Source: Desulfatiglandales bacterium | GTDB lineage: Bacteria; Desulfobacterota; DSM-4660; Desulfatiglandales; HGW-15 | Length of the DNA stretch: 64,000 bases | Direction of reading: 5' to 3' | Assembly: GCA_963667015.2 (NCBI GenBank) | Contig: CAXXJJ010000004.1 | Coordinates: 3,552,001-3,616,000, forward strand | In this document: in pieces, positions 27,255 through 37,690 of the stretch | How positions within the stretch are numbered: position 1 is the stretch's first letter | How the letters are laid out: every line of letters starts with the position of its first letter | Position numbers and translations under genes: made by a program | Notes under the pieces: generated by a model | What the model was told of the DNA's origin: nothing | What the model saw: the letters and a program-made list of their open reading frames with translations, nothing else | The model's database searches: none

Positions 27255-28436
27255 CTATTCTCTTTTATCCAGTGCCTCGTACTCACACCCTGTAAGCCCG
27301 CAGTAATTGCCGATATACTCGGCCGTTGGTCTGTAGAGGGCAGGTTTTCCCTGTGCCTCTGCAAATTTTTCCTCAATAATGTGTCCGCACCAGCCCGATA
27401 CCCTGGACATGGCAAATATAGGGGTCATGAGATCAAGAGGAATACCCATTATATGATAGACAGGGGCGCTGAAGAAATCCACATTGGGCTGAATATTGTC
27501 TTTGCTCCTCTTTTTAAACTCCTCGACGCCATATTTTTCAATCAGCATTGAAAGATCGTGCCAGATCTTTTTACCCGTTTTATTGCCAAGCCTCTTTCCC
27601 ATCTCCTTGAGAAATTTTGCCCTGGGGTCCATGGTTTTATATACGGCATGGCCCATGCCCATGATTTTTCCGCCGCCATCCAGCTGTTTTACGATCCAGC
27701 CGGGGATATCCTTTTCATTCTCAAGCTCAAAGAGCATTTTCATTACCTGCTGGTTTGCACCTCCATGAAGGCTGCCCGACAGCGCGCCGATACCGGCCGT
27801 AACCCCTGCATACATATGGGCTCTTGTTGACACGACCTCCCTGCAGGCAAATGTTGAGGCATTAAATGTATGGTCTGCATGAAGCACAAGGCATGTATCC
27901 AGATCCTTTGCCATCTCCCTGTCAGGTTTTTCTCCCTTGAGCTGCCACAAAAAGTTCTCCGCCAGGGTAAGATCCTCATTGGATGGAAGAAGATGCTTAT
28001 CCTCCCTTATCCTGTGCCATGCCGCAACCACAATTGGCAGCCTGGCAATAAGCCTTATGGCCATATTTACATTGCCTTCCCTGGACTCGGTATTAAGGTC
28101 AGGGTCGGCCATTCCCAGCATTGGAACAACAGACTGCAGGACGTCCATAGGCGCTGCGTCCCGGGGAAAGGTTTTTAATGCATCGATTACAGAACCCGGG
28201 ATATCCCGGGCCTTTTTTATCCTGGCTTCAAAATCCTCGAGTTCTGCACGGCCCGGCAGGCGGCCGTTAAGAATCAGATATGCAACCTCCAGAAAGGAGG
28301 ATTCTTCCGCAAGCTGCTCAATTCTGTAACCCCTGTAAATAAGGATGCCTTTTTCACCGTCAATAAAGCTTATTTTTGTATCAGCAACGGTTACGCCCCG
28401 GAGCCCCAGATTTTTTACGTTTACAGATTCAGCCAT
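27255..28436 (-). CDS. gltA: Citrate synthase
   Basis: GLRGV, LIYRGY, LHADHTFNASTF, LHGGAN, GMGHAVYK..DPRA, PNVDF. Confidence 0.95.
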   Translation of the reverse strand: MAESVNVKNLGLRGVTVADTKISFIDGEKGILIYRGYRIEQLAEESSFLEVAYLILNGRLPGRAELEDFEARIKKARDIPGSVIDALKTFPRDAAPMDVLQSVVPMLGMADPDLNTESREGNVNMAIRLIARLPIVVAAWHRIREDKHLLPSNEDLTLAENFLWQLKGEKPDREMAKDLDTCLVLHADHTFNASTFACREVVSTRAHMYAGVTAGIGALSGSLHGGANQQVMKMLFELENEKDIPGWIVKQLDGGGKIMGMGHAVYKTMDPRAKFLKEMGKRLGNKTGKKIWHDLSMLIEKYGVEEFKKRSKDNIQPNVDFFSAPVYHIMGIPLDLMTPIFAMSRVSGWCGHIIEEKFAEAQGKPALYRPTAEYIGNYCGLTGCEYEALDKRE

Positions 28437-28713
28437 ATTGCCCTCCTGATAATATTAGATAATTTGTTGTCGGAAAAGAGAATTATAGACTATTATAAGC
28501 CATGGAAAAGAAAATATCTTCTGTTTTTTGAAATAAGGCAGTGATACCTTTGAGTTAAAAGGATACGGCCAATAACCGGTAACATGACCCTGAATCAGGA
28601 TTTAATGTTGACGTCAGAAACTGGATGGTGTTATTTTTATCCGAGTTTTATTAACATATCCAGATTTGGATAAACCCGTTGTTTTATCCTTTCAATCTTA
28701 AATACGATAAAAT

Positions 28714-29652
28714 ATGCCTCTTAAAAAGTTTTTTTTAGTACAGAAGGTCATGATCAGGGTGAGTCTATCACTTGTTCCCCTGGTATTGTTTGCAGTATAC
28801 CTTTTCGGGTGGCGTGCCTTTTTTATCGCCCTTATTGTGCTGGCATTCGGTATCGCAACAGAGGCACATTTTACAGTAAGGGAAGGTAAACCCGTAACAT
28901 CAGCTATAATTGTAACCTGCCTGATCTACGCCCTTTCTCTGCCGCCGACCATACCGTTCTGGATTGCAGTAATTGGCATCATCGTTGGCGTTACATTCGG
29001 GAAGATGGTGTTTGGGGGCTTTGGTCAGAACATCTACAATCCCGCCATGGTGGGCAGATGTTTTATTTACATTGCATTTCCAAAACAAATGACCAGTAGC
29101 TGGATCGAACCCATGTGGGGCGGTGCAGGCGGCTTTACCTCATGGGACGGGGCCGTGGACGCAGTAACCAGGGCAACGCCGCTCATGCAGATAAAAGAGG
29201 GCCCGCTCCCTTCTGTTCTGGACCTTATTATCGGAAACAGTTCAGGCTCCATGGGGGAAACTTCTGCTGTCCTGATAGTCGCGGCAGGAATATTCCTGAT
29301 TTATAAAAAAGCCGCACCCTGGAGGCTTACCCTGTCATGCATTGCCGGGGGATTGATAGTTGCATTTATAATGAGCACGTTTGCTGCAGGACCTCCTGTC
29401 CTTTATACATTCATATCCGGTGCATTTTTATTCGGAAGCGTTTTTATTGTTACAGAACCCATTACCGGTCCCAAAACACGGCCCGGGCAGCTGATATACG
29501 GGTTTTTGGTTGGCGGGCTGACTGTAATATTAAGGGAATATTCCAACTTTACCGAAGGCTTTATGTTTGCAATCCTTTTGATGAATGCCTTTGTTCCCCT
29601 CATTGAGATGGGAGTCAATCAGTCCGGGCAGATAAAGCAGGCAGCCAGATGA
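28714..29652 (+). CDS. NqrB/RnfD-family membrane subunit (short form)
   Basis: GKMVFGGFGQNIYNPAMVGR, flavinylation site VTRATPL, GSMGETS, TEP. Confidence 0.9.
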   Translation: MPLKKFFLVQKVMIRVSLSLVPLVLFAVYLFGWRAFFIALIVLAFGIATEAHFTVREGKPVTSAIIVTCLIYALSLPPTIPFWIAVIGIIVGVTFGKMVFGGFGQNIYNPAMVGRCFIYIAFPKQMTSSWIEPMWGGAGGFTSWDGAVDAVTRATPLMQIKEGPLPSVLDLIIGNSSGSMGETSAVLIVAAGIFLIYKKAAPWRLTLSCIAGGLIVAFIMSTFAAGPPVLYTFISGAFLFGSVFIVTEPITGPKTRPGQLIYGFLVGGLTVILREYSNFTEGFMFAILLMNAFVPLIEMGVNQSGQIKQAAR

Positions 29653-30284
29653 ACAGCATATTCCGATCAGTAATATTCATGTTCGTTACGGCGCTGGTTT
29701 TCACAACCATTGTAACAGTCGTTAAAATAACAAATGAGGACAGGATTGAAAAAAACCAAAAGGTAAAACTTCAACGAACAATCATAAATGTGCTGGGGTT
29801 GAATGAAGGAGCACAACTCTCTCCGGAAAAAATCTCTGAGATCTATAATAAGAGAATAAAAGAAGGTAAAATCGATGACCGGACAGTCTACACATGTTAT
29901 GGCGAGGATGGTAAGACCATTACCGGTTATGCCTTTCCGGTTGACGGTCCGGGTTTCTGGGGACCGATTTATGCCATGGCGGCAGTAAATCCCGGGGCAA
30001 CAAAACTTCTCGGGGTATCCTTTTACCGGCATTCTGAAACACCCGGACTGGGGGGAAGGATCTCGGAAGCCGGGTTTTCAGGACAGTTTAAGGACCTGTC
30101 CCTGGAGCCTGCAGACAATGAAAAACAATATTTTTACCTGGTCCCAGAAGAGGATAAAAAAAGAAAAAATGACCTTGACGCCATCACCGGTGCATCCCGA
30201 ACCAGTGATGCGGTTGAATCATTCTTAAACAGGGAATTGAAGATTGTTGTGGAAGAGTTAAAGAAAAGGACGAGTGACGAGTAG
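29649..30284 (+). CDS. NqrC-like FMN-binding subunit
   Basis: N-terminal TM, GPGFWGPI, HSETPGLG, DAITGASRTS. Confidence 0.88.
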   Translation: MNSIFRSVIFMFVTALVFTTIVTVVKITNEDRIEKNQKVKLQRTIINVLGLNEGAQLSPEKISEIYNKRIKEGKIDDRTVYTCYGEDGKTITGYAFPVDGPGFWGPIYAMAAVNPGATKLLGVSFYRHSETPGLGGRISEAGFSGQFKDLSLEPADNEKQYFYLVPEEDKKRKNDLDAITGASRTSDAVESFLNRELKIVVEELKKRTSDE

Positions 30285-30362
30285 CGAATGACGATTTACG
30301 AAGTCTGCTCAGGCAGATTGTGCTTTTAATTCGTCCTTCGTCATTCGGGATTCGTCATTCGA
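30270..30362. repeat. Heptamer (STRR-like) tracts in inverted orientation
   Basis: ACGAGTG-ACGAGTA-GCGAATG-ACGATTT, then TTCGTCC-TTCGTCA-TTCGGGA-TTCGTCA. Confidence 0.7.
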
Positions 30363-30380
30363 TTGTTCAATTTTTGGGAA

Positions 30381-30466
30381 TGCAGGGGCAGACCTGCGTG
30401 TCTGCCCGAATTAAGATTTTGCACCGTATCAATTTATCGCGGGCGGACACATAGGTCCGCCCCTAC
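30381..30466. repeat. REP doublet (REPIN-like, GTAG family)
   Basis: TGCAGGGGCAGACCTGCGTGTCTGCCC and inverted GGGCGGACACATAGGTCCGCCCCTACA. Related singles at about 34808 and 43389. Confidence 0.8.
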
Positions 30467-30511
30467 AAAAACAATTGTACACCCGGAGAAAAATATAAAG
30501 AGACTCAACCC

Positions 30512-31132
30512 ATGCAAAAAAAACTGACAAACAAAGAAATATTCATTGCGGGAGTCTGGAAGGACAACCCGGTACTGCGGCAGGTCCTGGGCATCTGCTC
30601 CACCCTGGCAGTAACTAACCTTCTGGTGAACACCCTTGTCATGTGCGCCGGGCTTGTATTTACCACAATAATGTCCTCCATGACCGTTTCCATGCTCAGG
30701 AACCTTATTCCTTCAAGAATCCGCATGATGGTCCAGACCCTTATCATCGCCTCATATGTCATAATAGTGGATATAGTAATTCAGTCATACCTGCCTGATA
30801 TAAGTGAGGCACTGGGGCCCTATGTAGGTCTGATTATTACAAACTGTATCATCATGGGGAGATGCGAGGCATTTGCCCAGAACAACAGGGTTCTGCCATC
30901 CGCTGTTGACGGCCTTGCAATGGGAATCGGCTACACCATAGTTCTTACGGTAATCGCCGTTGTCAGAGAGGCGCTCGGTTTCGGCACACTTCTGGGATTC
31001 AGGGTAATGCCGGATTTCTTTACTCCATGGACTATAATGATAGTAGCGCCCGGGGCATTCTTTGTTCTTGGTGTTTTTATATGGTTTGTAAGGGCAGTAA
31101 CACCTGAAACCAAAGAATTAAAGGTGGTGTAG
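30512..31132 (+). CDS. NqrD/RnfE-family subunit
   Basis: NPVLRQVLGICSTLAVT, VGLIITNCIIMGR, APGAFF. Confidence 0.9.
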   Translation: MQKKLTNKEIFIAGVWKDNPVLRQVLGICSTLAVTNLLVNTLVMCAGLVFTTIMSSMTVSMLRNLIPSRIRMMVQTLIIASYVIIVDIVIQSYLPDISEALGPYVGLIITNCIIMGRCEAFAQNNRVLPSAVDGLAMGIGYTIVLTVIAVVREALGFGTLLGFRVMPDFFTPWTIMIVAPGAFFVLGVFIWFVRAVTPETKELKVV

Positions 31133-31135
31133 GCA

Positions 31136-31729
31136 ATGAACCAGATAGATAGCACAACCCTGTTTTTTGCAGCGATTTTTACAAACAACATACTGCTCAC
31201 AAATTTTCTGGGTCTCTGCCCCTTTCTTTCAATCTCAAGGCAGATAAAGTCCGCCTTTGGACTCGGGGTTGCTGTTGCATTTGTAATGGGCAGTAATGCG
31301 GCGCTTAACAACCTGGTGTACTACCACCTGCTTCTTCCCTTTCATCTGGAGCATTTCAGATATATTGTCTTTATCATTATAATAGCGGGTTTTGTCCAGC
31401 TGGTTGAAATGACTGTTGAAAGATTTTTTCCACCCCTCTATTACATGCTGGGTATTTTCCTGCCCCTCATAACGGTCAACTGTGCCATACTGGGTGTATC
31501 GCTCTTTATGATCATAAGAAAGTATACACTTGTCCAGTCAGTAGCATACGGAGCAGGGAGCGGAATAGGATGGCTGCTGGCGATTATCACCATAGGAGCT
31601 ATAAGGGAAAAGATACAGGGCAAGACAAAACTGCCAAAGGGTCTAGAGGGTCCGGCTATAACCCTGATTATAACTGGTATACTGTCCCTTGCATTTATTG
31701 TGTTCAGCGGGATGGTGAACGTACAATAA
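31136..31729 (+). CDS. NqrE/RnfA-family subunit
   Basis: NILLTNFLGLCPFL, GIFLPLITVNCAILG. Confidence 0.9.
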   Translation: MNQIDSTTLFFAAIFTNNILLTNFLGLCPFLSISRQIKSAFGLGVAVAFVMGSNAALNNLVYYHLLLPFHLEHFRYIVFIIIIAGFVQLVEMTVERFFPPLYYMLGIFLPLITVNCAILGVSLFMIIRKYTLVQSVAYGAGSGIGWLLAIITIGAIREKIQGKTKLPKGLEGPAITLIITGILSLAFIVFSGMVNVQ

Positions 31730-31841
31730 ATGGACTGCTGTAGTAATATGGCTTTTTTCAATAAAAGAAAATTTAATGGTTTGCAAAGAGGTATAAGGTC
31801 TACGGTTTGCGGTGTACGGAAAAACATTGATATAGGAAAGT

Positions 31842-32957
31842 ATGGAATTTAATTTTACAGAGCTTCTTACAAGCATTTCTGTTGTCTCCGGAATCGGTGT
31901 TGTACTTGCCCTTCTGCTTGAACTGGCAGGCAAATATCTTGCAGATTATGGAGAAAAGAAGATACTCATCAACAATGAAAAGGAGATCGTTGTAACCGGC
32001 GGCAATCCCCTGCTTTCGACCCTTAAAAAGGAAAACATATTTATACCTTCTGCCTGCGGCGGCAAGGGTACATGCGCCTACTGCAAGGTGAGGGTGCTGG
32101 AGGGCGGAGGGCCTGTACTTCCGACCGAAACGCCCTATCTTTCTGCTGAAGAACTGGAACAGAGTGTCCGGCTTAGCTGTCAGGTAAAGGTCAAGGAAGA
32201 TTTAAAGATTCAGATCCCTGAAGAGCTGTTTCTCGTAAAGCAGTTCAGGGCAAAGGTTATCAATATCACCGACCTTACACATGAAATAAAAGGTCTCCGG
32301 ATGGATCTTCTAAGCCCTGAAGAGGGCATTACCTTTAAACCCGGACAGTATGTCCAGCTTGAGGTGCCGAAGTATGAAAAGATTTCAGATCCGGAATTCA
32401 GGGCCTATTCAATATCTTCAGATGCAATGGAGCATGAAAACCTTGAGCTTGTAATTACAAAGGTTCAGGATGGAGCGGTAACGACCTATGTGCATGAATA
32501 TCTTAAACAGGGTGATGAACTTACCATATATGGGCCGTACGGTGATTTCTATTTGAGGGATTCCGACCGGGGAATACTTTTAATCGCTACGGGTTCGGGT
32601 CTTGCCCCCATGAAATCCATATTGCACAAGATTGAAAGGGATAATATACAGAGAGAAACTATTCTCTTCTTCGGCGCAAAGAATATTGAAGATCTTTATT
32701 ATCATGACGAACTCAAGGGCCTTGAGTCAAAACTGGAAAACTTCAAATTTTACCCTGTCCTCTCACGGGTTGGTGAAGATGCAAAATGGGAAGGTGACAG
32801 GGGACGCGTAACAAACCTGATTGAAAAATATATTCCTGAAAATGCCGCACTTGATGTTTACCTGTGCGGAGCACCTCCAATGATAGAGTCATGCATGAAA
32901 CTTCTGATACAAAAAGGTATTCCTGAAGATCACATGTATTTTGATAAATTCGGTTAG
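31842..32957 (+). CDS. NqrF-like 2Fe-2S/FAD/NAD(H) oxidoreductase
   Basis: N-terminal TM, SACGGKGTCAYC, RLSCQ, RAYSIS, GPYG, TGSGLAP, YLCGAPPM, FDKFG. Confidence 0.9.
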   Translation: MEFNFTELLTSISVVSGIGVVLALLLELAGKYLADYGEKKILINNEKEIVVTGGNPLLSTLKKENIFIPSACGGKGTCAYCKVRVLEGGGPVLPTETPYLSAEELEQSVRLSCQVKVKEDLKIQIPEELFLVKQFRAKVINITDLTHEIKGLRMDLLSPEEGITFKPGQYVQLEVPKYEKISDPEFRAYSISSDAMEHENLELVITKVQDGAVTTYVHEYLKQGDELTIYGPYGDFYLRDSDRGILLIATGSGLAPMKSILHKIERDNIQRETILFFGAKNIEDLYYHDELKGLESKLENFKFYPVLSRVGEDAKWEGDRGRVTNLIEKYIPENAALDVYLCGAPPMIESCMKLLIQKGIPEDHMYFDKFG

Positions 32958-33074
32958 GCTGCTTATAAAATTTTAACTTTCTGGGTCATATAGTGTAAAA
33001 TAATTCATCTTTTACCCTTTTCATGTTGCGGTTCAGGATTATATTAGTGAATCATTCTTAAGAGGTTTTAAGCC

Positions 33075-34811
33075 ATGCCAGATAAATTAGTTTACTCATC
33101 AGCGCCTGAAGATTTCTATTATATGGATGTGAATATACCCTGCCAGAGTGCATGCCCGGCAGATACCAATATTCCCGCATATATCAGGGCGCTGTATGAA
33201 AAGGAATATGACAGATCATACGATATAAATAGAAGAGCCAATATCTTTCCCGGAGTACTCGGAAGGATATGCTCAAGGCCCTGTGAAGATAAATGCAGGC
33301 ACGGAGAGTCAGAGCTTGGAGCCCCTGTAAACATATGTCATATCAAAAGAGCGGCCTCGGACTTTAAAGGTGCGGCCCCTGTACCCATAAAAAGATCAGA
33401 CAGTATCTCTAAGAAAATAGCAATAGCCGGTGCCGGTCCCGCCGGTCTCGCGGCGGCCCATGAACTCGCACTGCTGGGATTTTCAGTAACCATATTCGAG
33501 GCCCTGGACAGGCCGGGAGGAATGCTCCGCTACGGAATCCCTGAATTCCGGCTTCCCCGCACTGTCCTTGAAACGGAGATAGAAGAACTGCTCTCTTCCG
33601 GGATTGAACTCAGGACCGGTGTCAGAATAGGTTCTGACATCCAGGTTGATGATATACTTTCCGAATACGACGCCCTTCTTGCTGCAGCAGGCTGCTACAG
33701 GGCTATCTCACTTAAGGTGCCGGGTGAAGACCTTGAAGGGGTTCACTCGGGTCTTGAATTCATGAAGAAGGTCTGCTCAGGAGAAAGGCCGGACCTCGGG
33801 AAAAAGGTCCTTGTCATAGGCGCAGGATTTACGGCCTTTGACTGCGCCAGGACTGCACTCAGGCTCGGGGCAAAGGATGTAAGGATCTGTCTGAGGCGAA
33901 CCGAGCAGGATTTAAGGGTAACAAAAGATGAAATAATAGAGACAAAAAGAGAAGGCGTAAAAATCGAATCTCTTCTGCTTTCACAGGAAATAGCCGGAGC
34001 TGACTGGGTTGAAGGGGTAAAGTTTTTAAGAACACGGCCCGGGGAGGTCGGCGCGGATGGCAAACAGAAGATAGACCCCATTGAAGGAAGTGAGTTCATA
34101 CTTGAGGCCGATTCGGTGATTGTTGCAACAGGCCAGGCGCCGGGACCATTTGAGGCACCGGGAGACAAGGATAAAAACGGGGTTTTGACAATAGACAGGA
34201 CAAGCTTTCTTTCTTCCTGCAAAAACCTGTACGCTGCGGGAGATTATGTTACCGGCCCCTCAACAGTAATAGAATCCATAGCAATGGGCCGGAATGCCGC
34301 CCATAAAATAGCCCTGGATCTTACGGGTGAAAACTTTATTGAAAAGGCAGTCAGGCTTCAGGATACACAGATGACAGACAGACAAAGGGCATGGGACTTT
34401 ATCCCAAGGCAGGAAATGCCTACTCTTTCTCCGATCTCCAGTAGGATTGATCCTGATAATCCTGAAGTTGAAAAAGGGTTCTCTCCTGATCAGGCCCATG
34501 AGGAATCAAAACGATGCTACCTCTGCTATCTTCATTATGAAATAGACATGGACCGGTGTATTTACTGCCGGTACTGCATCGATGTTTCGCCCAGGGATTG
34601 CATAAAACTGGTCAACCGGGTCAATCTCAATGAGCAGGGTGCAATTACCGGTTTTGAAGAGACCTCTTCATGGGAAGGTGTAAATGCAATTGTAATAGAC
34701 AACTCCAGATGCATACGATGCGGGGAATGTGTAAGGGTATGCCCGATGGACTGTATCTCGGTTACCAGGGTAGAACTAATAGAAAGACAAAAATTCAGGG
34801 TAAACCCGTAG
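33075..34811 (+). CDS. GltD/NfnB-like FAD and 4Fe-4S NAD(P)H oxidoreductase with C-terminal ferredoxin domain
   Basis: PCQSACP, GRICSRPCEDKC, GAGPAG, GAGFTAFDCAR..RR, ESKRCYLC, CIYCRYC, CIRCGECVRVCP. Confidence 0.88.
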   Translation: MPDKLVYSSAPEDFYYMDVNIPCQSACPADTNIPAYIRALYEKEYDRSYDINRRANIFPGVLGRICSRPCEDKCRHGESELGAPVNICHIKRAASDFKGAAPVPIKRSDSISKKIAIAGAGPAGLAAAHELALLGFSVTIFEALDRPGGMLRYGIPEFRLPRTVLETEIEELLSSGIELRTGVRIGSDIQVDDILSEYDALLAAAGCYRAISLKVPGEDLEGVHSGLEFMKKVCSGERPDLGKKVLVIGAGFTAFDCARTALRLGAKDVRICLRRTEQDLRVTKDEIIETKREGVKIESLLLSQEIAGADWVEGVKFLRTRPGEVGADGKQKIDPIEGSEFILEADSVIVATGQAPGPFEAPGDKDKNGVLTIDRTSFLSSCKNLYAAGDYVTGPSTVIESIAMGRNAAHKIALDLTGENFIEKAVRLQDTQMTDRQRAWDFIPRQEMPTLSPISSRIDPDNPEVEKGFSPDQAHEESKRCYLCYLHYEIDMDRCIYCRYCIDVSPRDCIKLVNRVNLNEQGAITGFEETSSWEGVNAIVIDNSRCIRCGECVRVCPMDCISVTRVELIERQKFRVNP

Positions 34812-34902
34812 GGGCAAGGCGTGCCGTGCCCCTGCCATTAATCATAGAATGATAACAGGTGGATAAACCGGAATAAAAAAATAATCCAGAGGCAATCAAA
34901 AT

Positions 34903-35913
34903 ATGAAAGATCAACATTTTGTGGTCATAGGAAACGGTCCGGCCGGTAATGAGGCGGCACTGACACTTCGCAGCCATGCAGAAGATGCGCGCATAACCCT
35001 GATCAGTAAAGAATCAGGAGGGTGTTATCGTCCCCACCTCCTGCCGAGTTTTATTTCGGGGAAACTTACCGAAGAAAACCTGTATGTGTTTTCACCCAGT
35101 TCATACAAGGAGCTTGGCATAAAATTCCGCAGCAGCCAGGAGGTCGTTGGACTTAACCTGAAAACCCGCGAGATATTCCTGGATCACAGGGAGATCATTA
35201 AATATGACGGCCTTATCATCTCACTGGGAGGAAAACCGAGGATACCCGAAAACCTTGAGGTATTCAGTGACCTTATGCTGACACTCAAGACCCTGCATGA
35301 TGCCAGGACATGGCTCAAGTGCCTGGAAAATTCTGAGAGTGTCCTCATGATTGGAGGAGATCTGACCTCCCTTTCATTTACCTCCCAGTTGCTGAAAATG
35401 AATAAAAAGGTCTTTTTCGCCCTTAACGAAGAGTCCTTCTGGCCCATGCGGTTCAGCAGGACACTTCATGATGAGGTTGCTGAAAGGCTTTCTCAACGGG
35501 GAGTAACAGTGCTGGATTATTCGCGGATTAAAAGCATGAACAGCCTTGCCAATGGAGGCGTTGAGGTCCACACGGATCATGAAACCATATGCGCAGATAT
35601 CGTGGGCGCCTTTTTCGGACTTGTTCCTGATGTTGCATTTCTTGCAAGAACCGGCCTGAAGATAGACAGGGGAATCCTCGTGGACGAGTATCTCAATACA
35701 GGGTTTAAAGGAGTATATGCCACGGGTGACTGTGCACAGGTTTACCATCCCGAAATTAACGACTACTGGGTTTCCATAGGATACGATAACGCAGTCGCCC
35801 TTGGAAAAACAGCTGCACTCAACCTCGCTGGCGAACATTTAAAGGCTGAACCGGAATGTGTATTCAATGTTAACGGATTCTGCGTAAACAGCTCATGGTG
35901 GATGGAGTTTTAA
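34903..35913 (+). CDS. FAD-dependent pyridine nucleotide-disulfide oxidoreductase family protein
   Basis: IGNGPAG, YRPHL, GILVDEYLNT..GVYATGD. Second Rossmann motif degenerate (IGGDLTS). Confidence 0.8.
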   Translation: MKDQHFVVIGNGPAGNEAALTLRSHAEDARITLISKESGGCYRPHLLPSFISGKLTEENLYVFSPSSYKELGIKFRSSQEVVGLNLKTREIFLDHREIIKYDGLIISLGGKPRIPENLEVFSDLMLTLKTLHDARTWLKCLENSESVLMIGGDLTSLSFTSQLLKMNKKVFFALNEESFWPMRFSRTLHDEVAERLSQRGVTVLDYSRIKSMNSLANGGVEVHTDHETICADIVGAFFGLVPDVAFLARTGLKIDRGILVDEYLNTGFKGVYATGDCAQVYHPEINDYWVSIGYDNAVALGKTAALNLAGEHLKAEPECVFNVNGFCVNSSWWMEF

Positions 35914-35914
35914 T

Positions 35915-37690
35915 ATGTCTACAGTTGATCTTACAATCGAAATATGCGGGATGTCAGGAGACGGCACTATTGCCGCTGGTGTCCTGTTGAATGAAGCCCT
36001 TTCGGCAGCAGGTTTTTCACTGATGGCCCTTGATTCATACCCTGCAGAAATAAGGGGCTTTGGCAGGTGTGTCACCCGTACCCGTATAGGAAACAGAGAG
36101 ATGACCGCCCTGAGTCATAAAACAAATGTCCTGATTTCGCTTGATGATGAACAGTCCCGGTCAAGGGTGCCGTTTCTCACGGATGACGCGGCGGTTCTCT
36201 TTGACAACAGGCCTGTTACCTATATCAGTGAAGAAAAGTCCCTTCTTCCTCTTCTGGAACCCGAGATGAATATTCTGGGGATACCCTTCGGGGATCTGGC
36301 TTCAGAGGCATCCGGTTCAAGGCGGGGAAGAAACCTTGCCGCCCTCGGGGGGTTTGCTGCCCTGTTCGGTATCCCTGCGGAACCCTTCTACCGTGCAATA
36401 AAAAAGAAGTTCCAGGCCAAGGGAGAAAAGGTGCTTGAATCAAACCTGAAGTGCTTTGATGCGGGCATGGAATACTGCGCAAAATCAGAGGAATTAAAAA
36501 AGAAAAAGATAATACAGATTGGCACAAATGGTGCCTCTTCAGAAAGAGAGCTTCTTTCCGGAAATGCCGCTATTTCAATGGGCGCACTTGATGCCGGACT
36601 CTCCCTTTATTTCGGTTATCCCATAACCCCTGCGACACCTGTTATGGAATATCTTGCAAAGTATCTTCCTGAAAGAGGTGGAAGGCTCATGCAGATGGAG
36701 GATGAGATTTCCTCCATAGGGGCTGTGCTCGGGAGTTTCTTTGCCGGAAAAAGGGCAATGACCGCAACATCCGGACCCGGTTTTGCCCTTATGACAGAGC
36801 TCATAGCCCATGCAACAGTAGCCGAGATACCCGCGGTTATTGTGAATGCCCAGAGGGGAGGACCTGCTACAGGTCTTCCAACAAAGACAGAACAGTCTGA
36901 CCTTCAGGCTGCCGTATTCGGAGGGCCCGGAGATTCCGCGAGGATTGTAATAGCCCCGTCAAGTGTAAGTGAATGTTACCATTTTACACTGAAAAGTTTT
37001 CAGCTTGCAGAACGGTACCAGACACCGGTTGTAATACTTACCGACTTTTTTCTCCATAACAGGGTAGAAAACATAGCATCTCCCGAACCTTCTGAAGAAG
37101 ATATTAAAAGCGGGAACATCCTGCCCGACGAATCTAAAAAGGGCCGTTACAGAAGATTTGAAAACACGGAGTCAGGAATATCCCCGAGGGCACTGCCCGG
37201 CATGGAGGGATACATATTTGCGGCCACCGGCCTTGAGCACACTGAAAAGGGCAAACCCGACTATACAGCAGACAACCATATGATGATGTCGGAAAAAAGA
37301 CACAGAAAAATTCACAATGCCCTGAAGGATCTGCCCGAGCCTGTAGAATTTGACCCGGAAGATAAATATGACACAGGGGTCATTACCTGGGGCTCCACAT
37401 CAGGCGCTGCAATTGAGGCCGTTAATCTGGCAAGAAATAAGGGCATAAAGGCGGGCATGCTTAAAATAGGGAGCATATTCCCCTACCATGCGGACATGAT
37501 AAAGGAGTTTATGGACAAGTGCGATGAGATCCTCATACCTGAACTTAATTTTGAGGGACAGCTTGCCAACCTGATAGGTCACCTTCACAGGAAGGAAGTA
37601 AAAAGGTTTAACCGCGTGACGGGAATACCTTTAACGGCCATTGATATTTTAGAAGCGATAGAGGAAGTTGTTAGTAAAAGGAGCAGTTAA
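35915..37690 (+). CDS. korA: 2-oxoacid:ferredoxin oxidoreductase alpha subunit (gamma-alpha fusion)
   Basis: GMSGDG, YPAEIRG, GYPITPAT, QMEDE, TSGPG, QRGGPATGLPTKTEQSD. Substrate not determined. Confidence 0.9.
   Translation: MSTVDLTIEICGMSGDGTIAAGVLLNEALSAAGFSLMALDSYPAEIRGFGRCVTRTRIGNREMTALSHKTNVLISLDDEQSRSRVPFLTDDAAVLFDNRPVTYISEEKSLLPLLEPEMNILGIPFGDLASEASGSRRGRNLAALGGFAALFGIPAEPFYRAIKKKFQAKGEKVLESNLKCFDAGMEYCAKSEELKKKKIIQIGTNGASSERELLSGNAAISMGALDAGLSLYFGYPITPATPVMEYLAKYLPERGGRLMQMEDEISSIGAVLGSFFAGKRAMTATSGPGFALMTELIAHATVAEIPAVIVNAQRGGPATGLPTKTEQSDLQAAVFGGPGDSARIVIAPSSVSECYHFTLKSFQLAERYQTPVVILTDFFLHNRVENIASPEPSEEDIKSGNILPDESKKGRYRRFENTESGISPRALPGMEGYIFAATGLEHTEKGKPDYTADNHMMMSEKRHRKIHNALKDLPEPVEFDPEDKYDTGVITWGSTSGAAIEAVNLARNKGIKAGMLKIGSIFPYHADMIKEFMDKCDEILIPELNFEGQLANLIGHLHRKEVKRFNRVTGIPLTAIDILEAIEEVVSKRSS

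Noticed and set aside
28714..32957. Calling this a canonical Na+-NQR or Rnf
   Set aside because: nqrA, rnfC and rnfB are absent from the locus and the B subunit is short, so gene symbols were withheld.
33075..34811. Glutamate synthase small subunit or DsrL
   Set aside because: No gltB or dsr genes nearby; only the fold family is supported.
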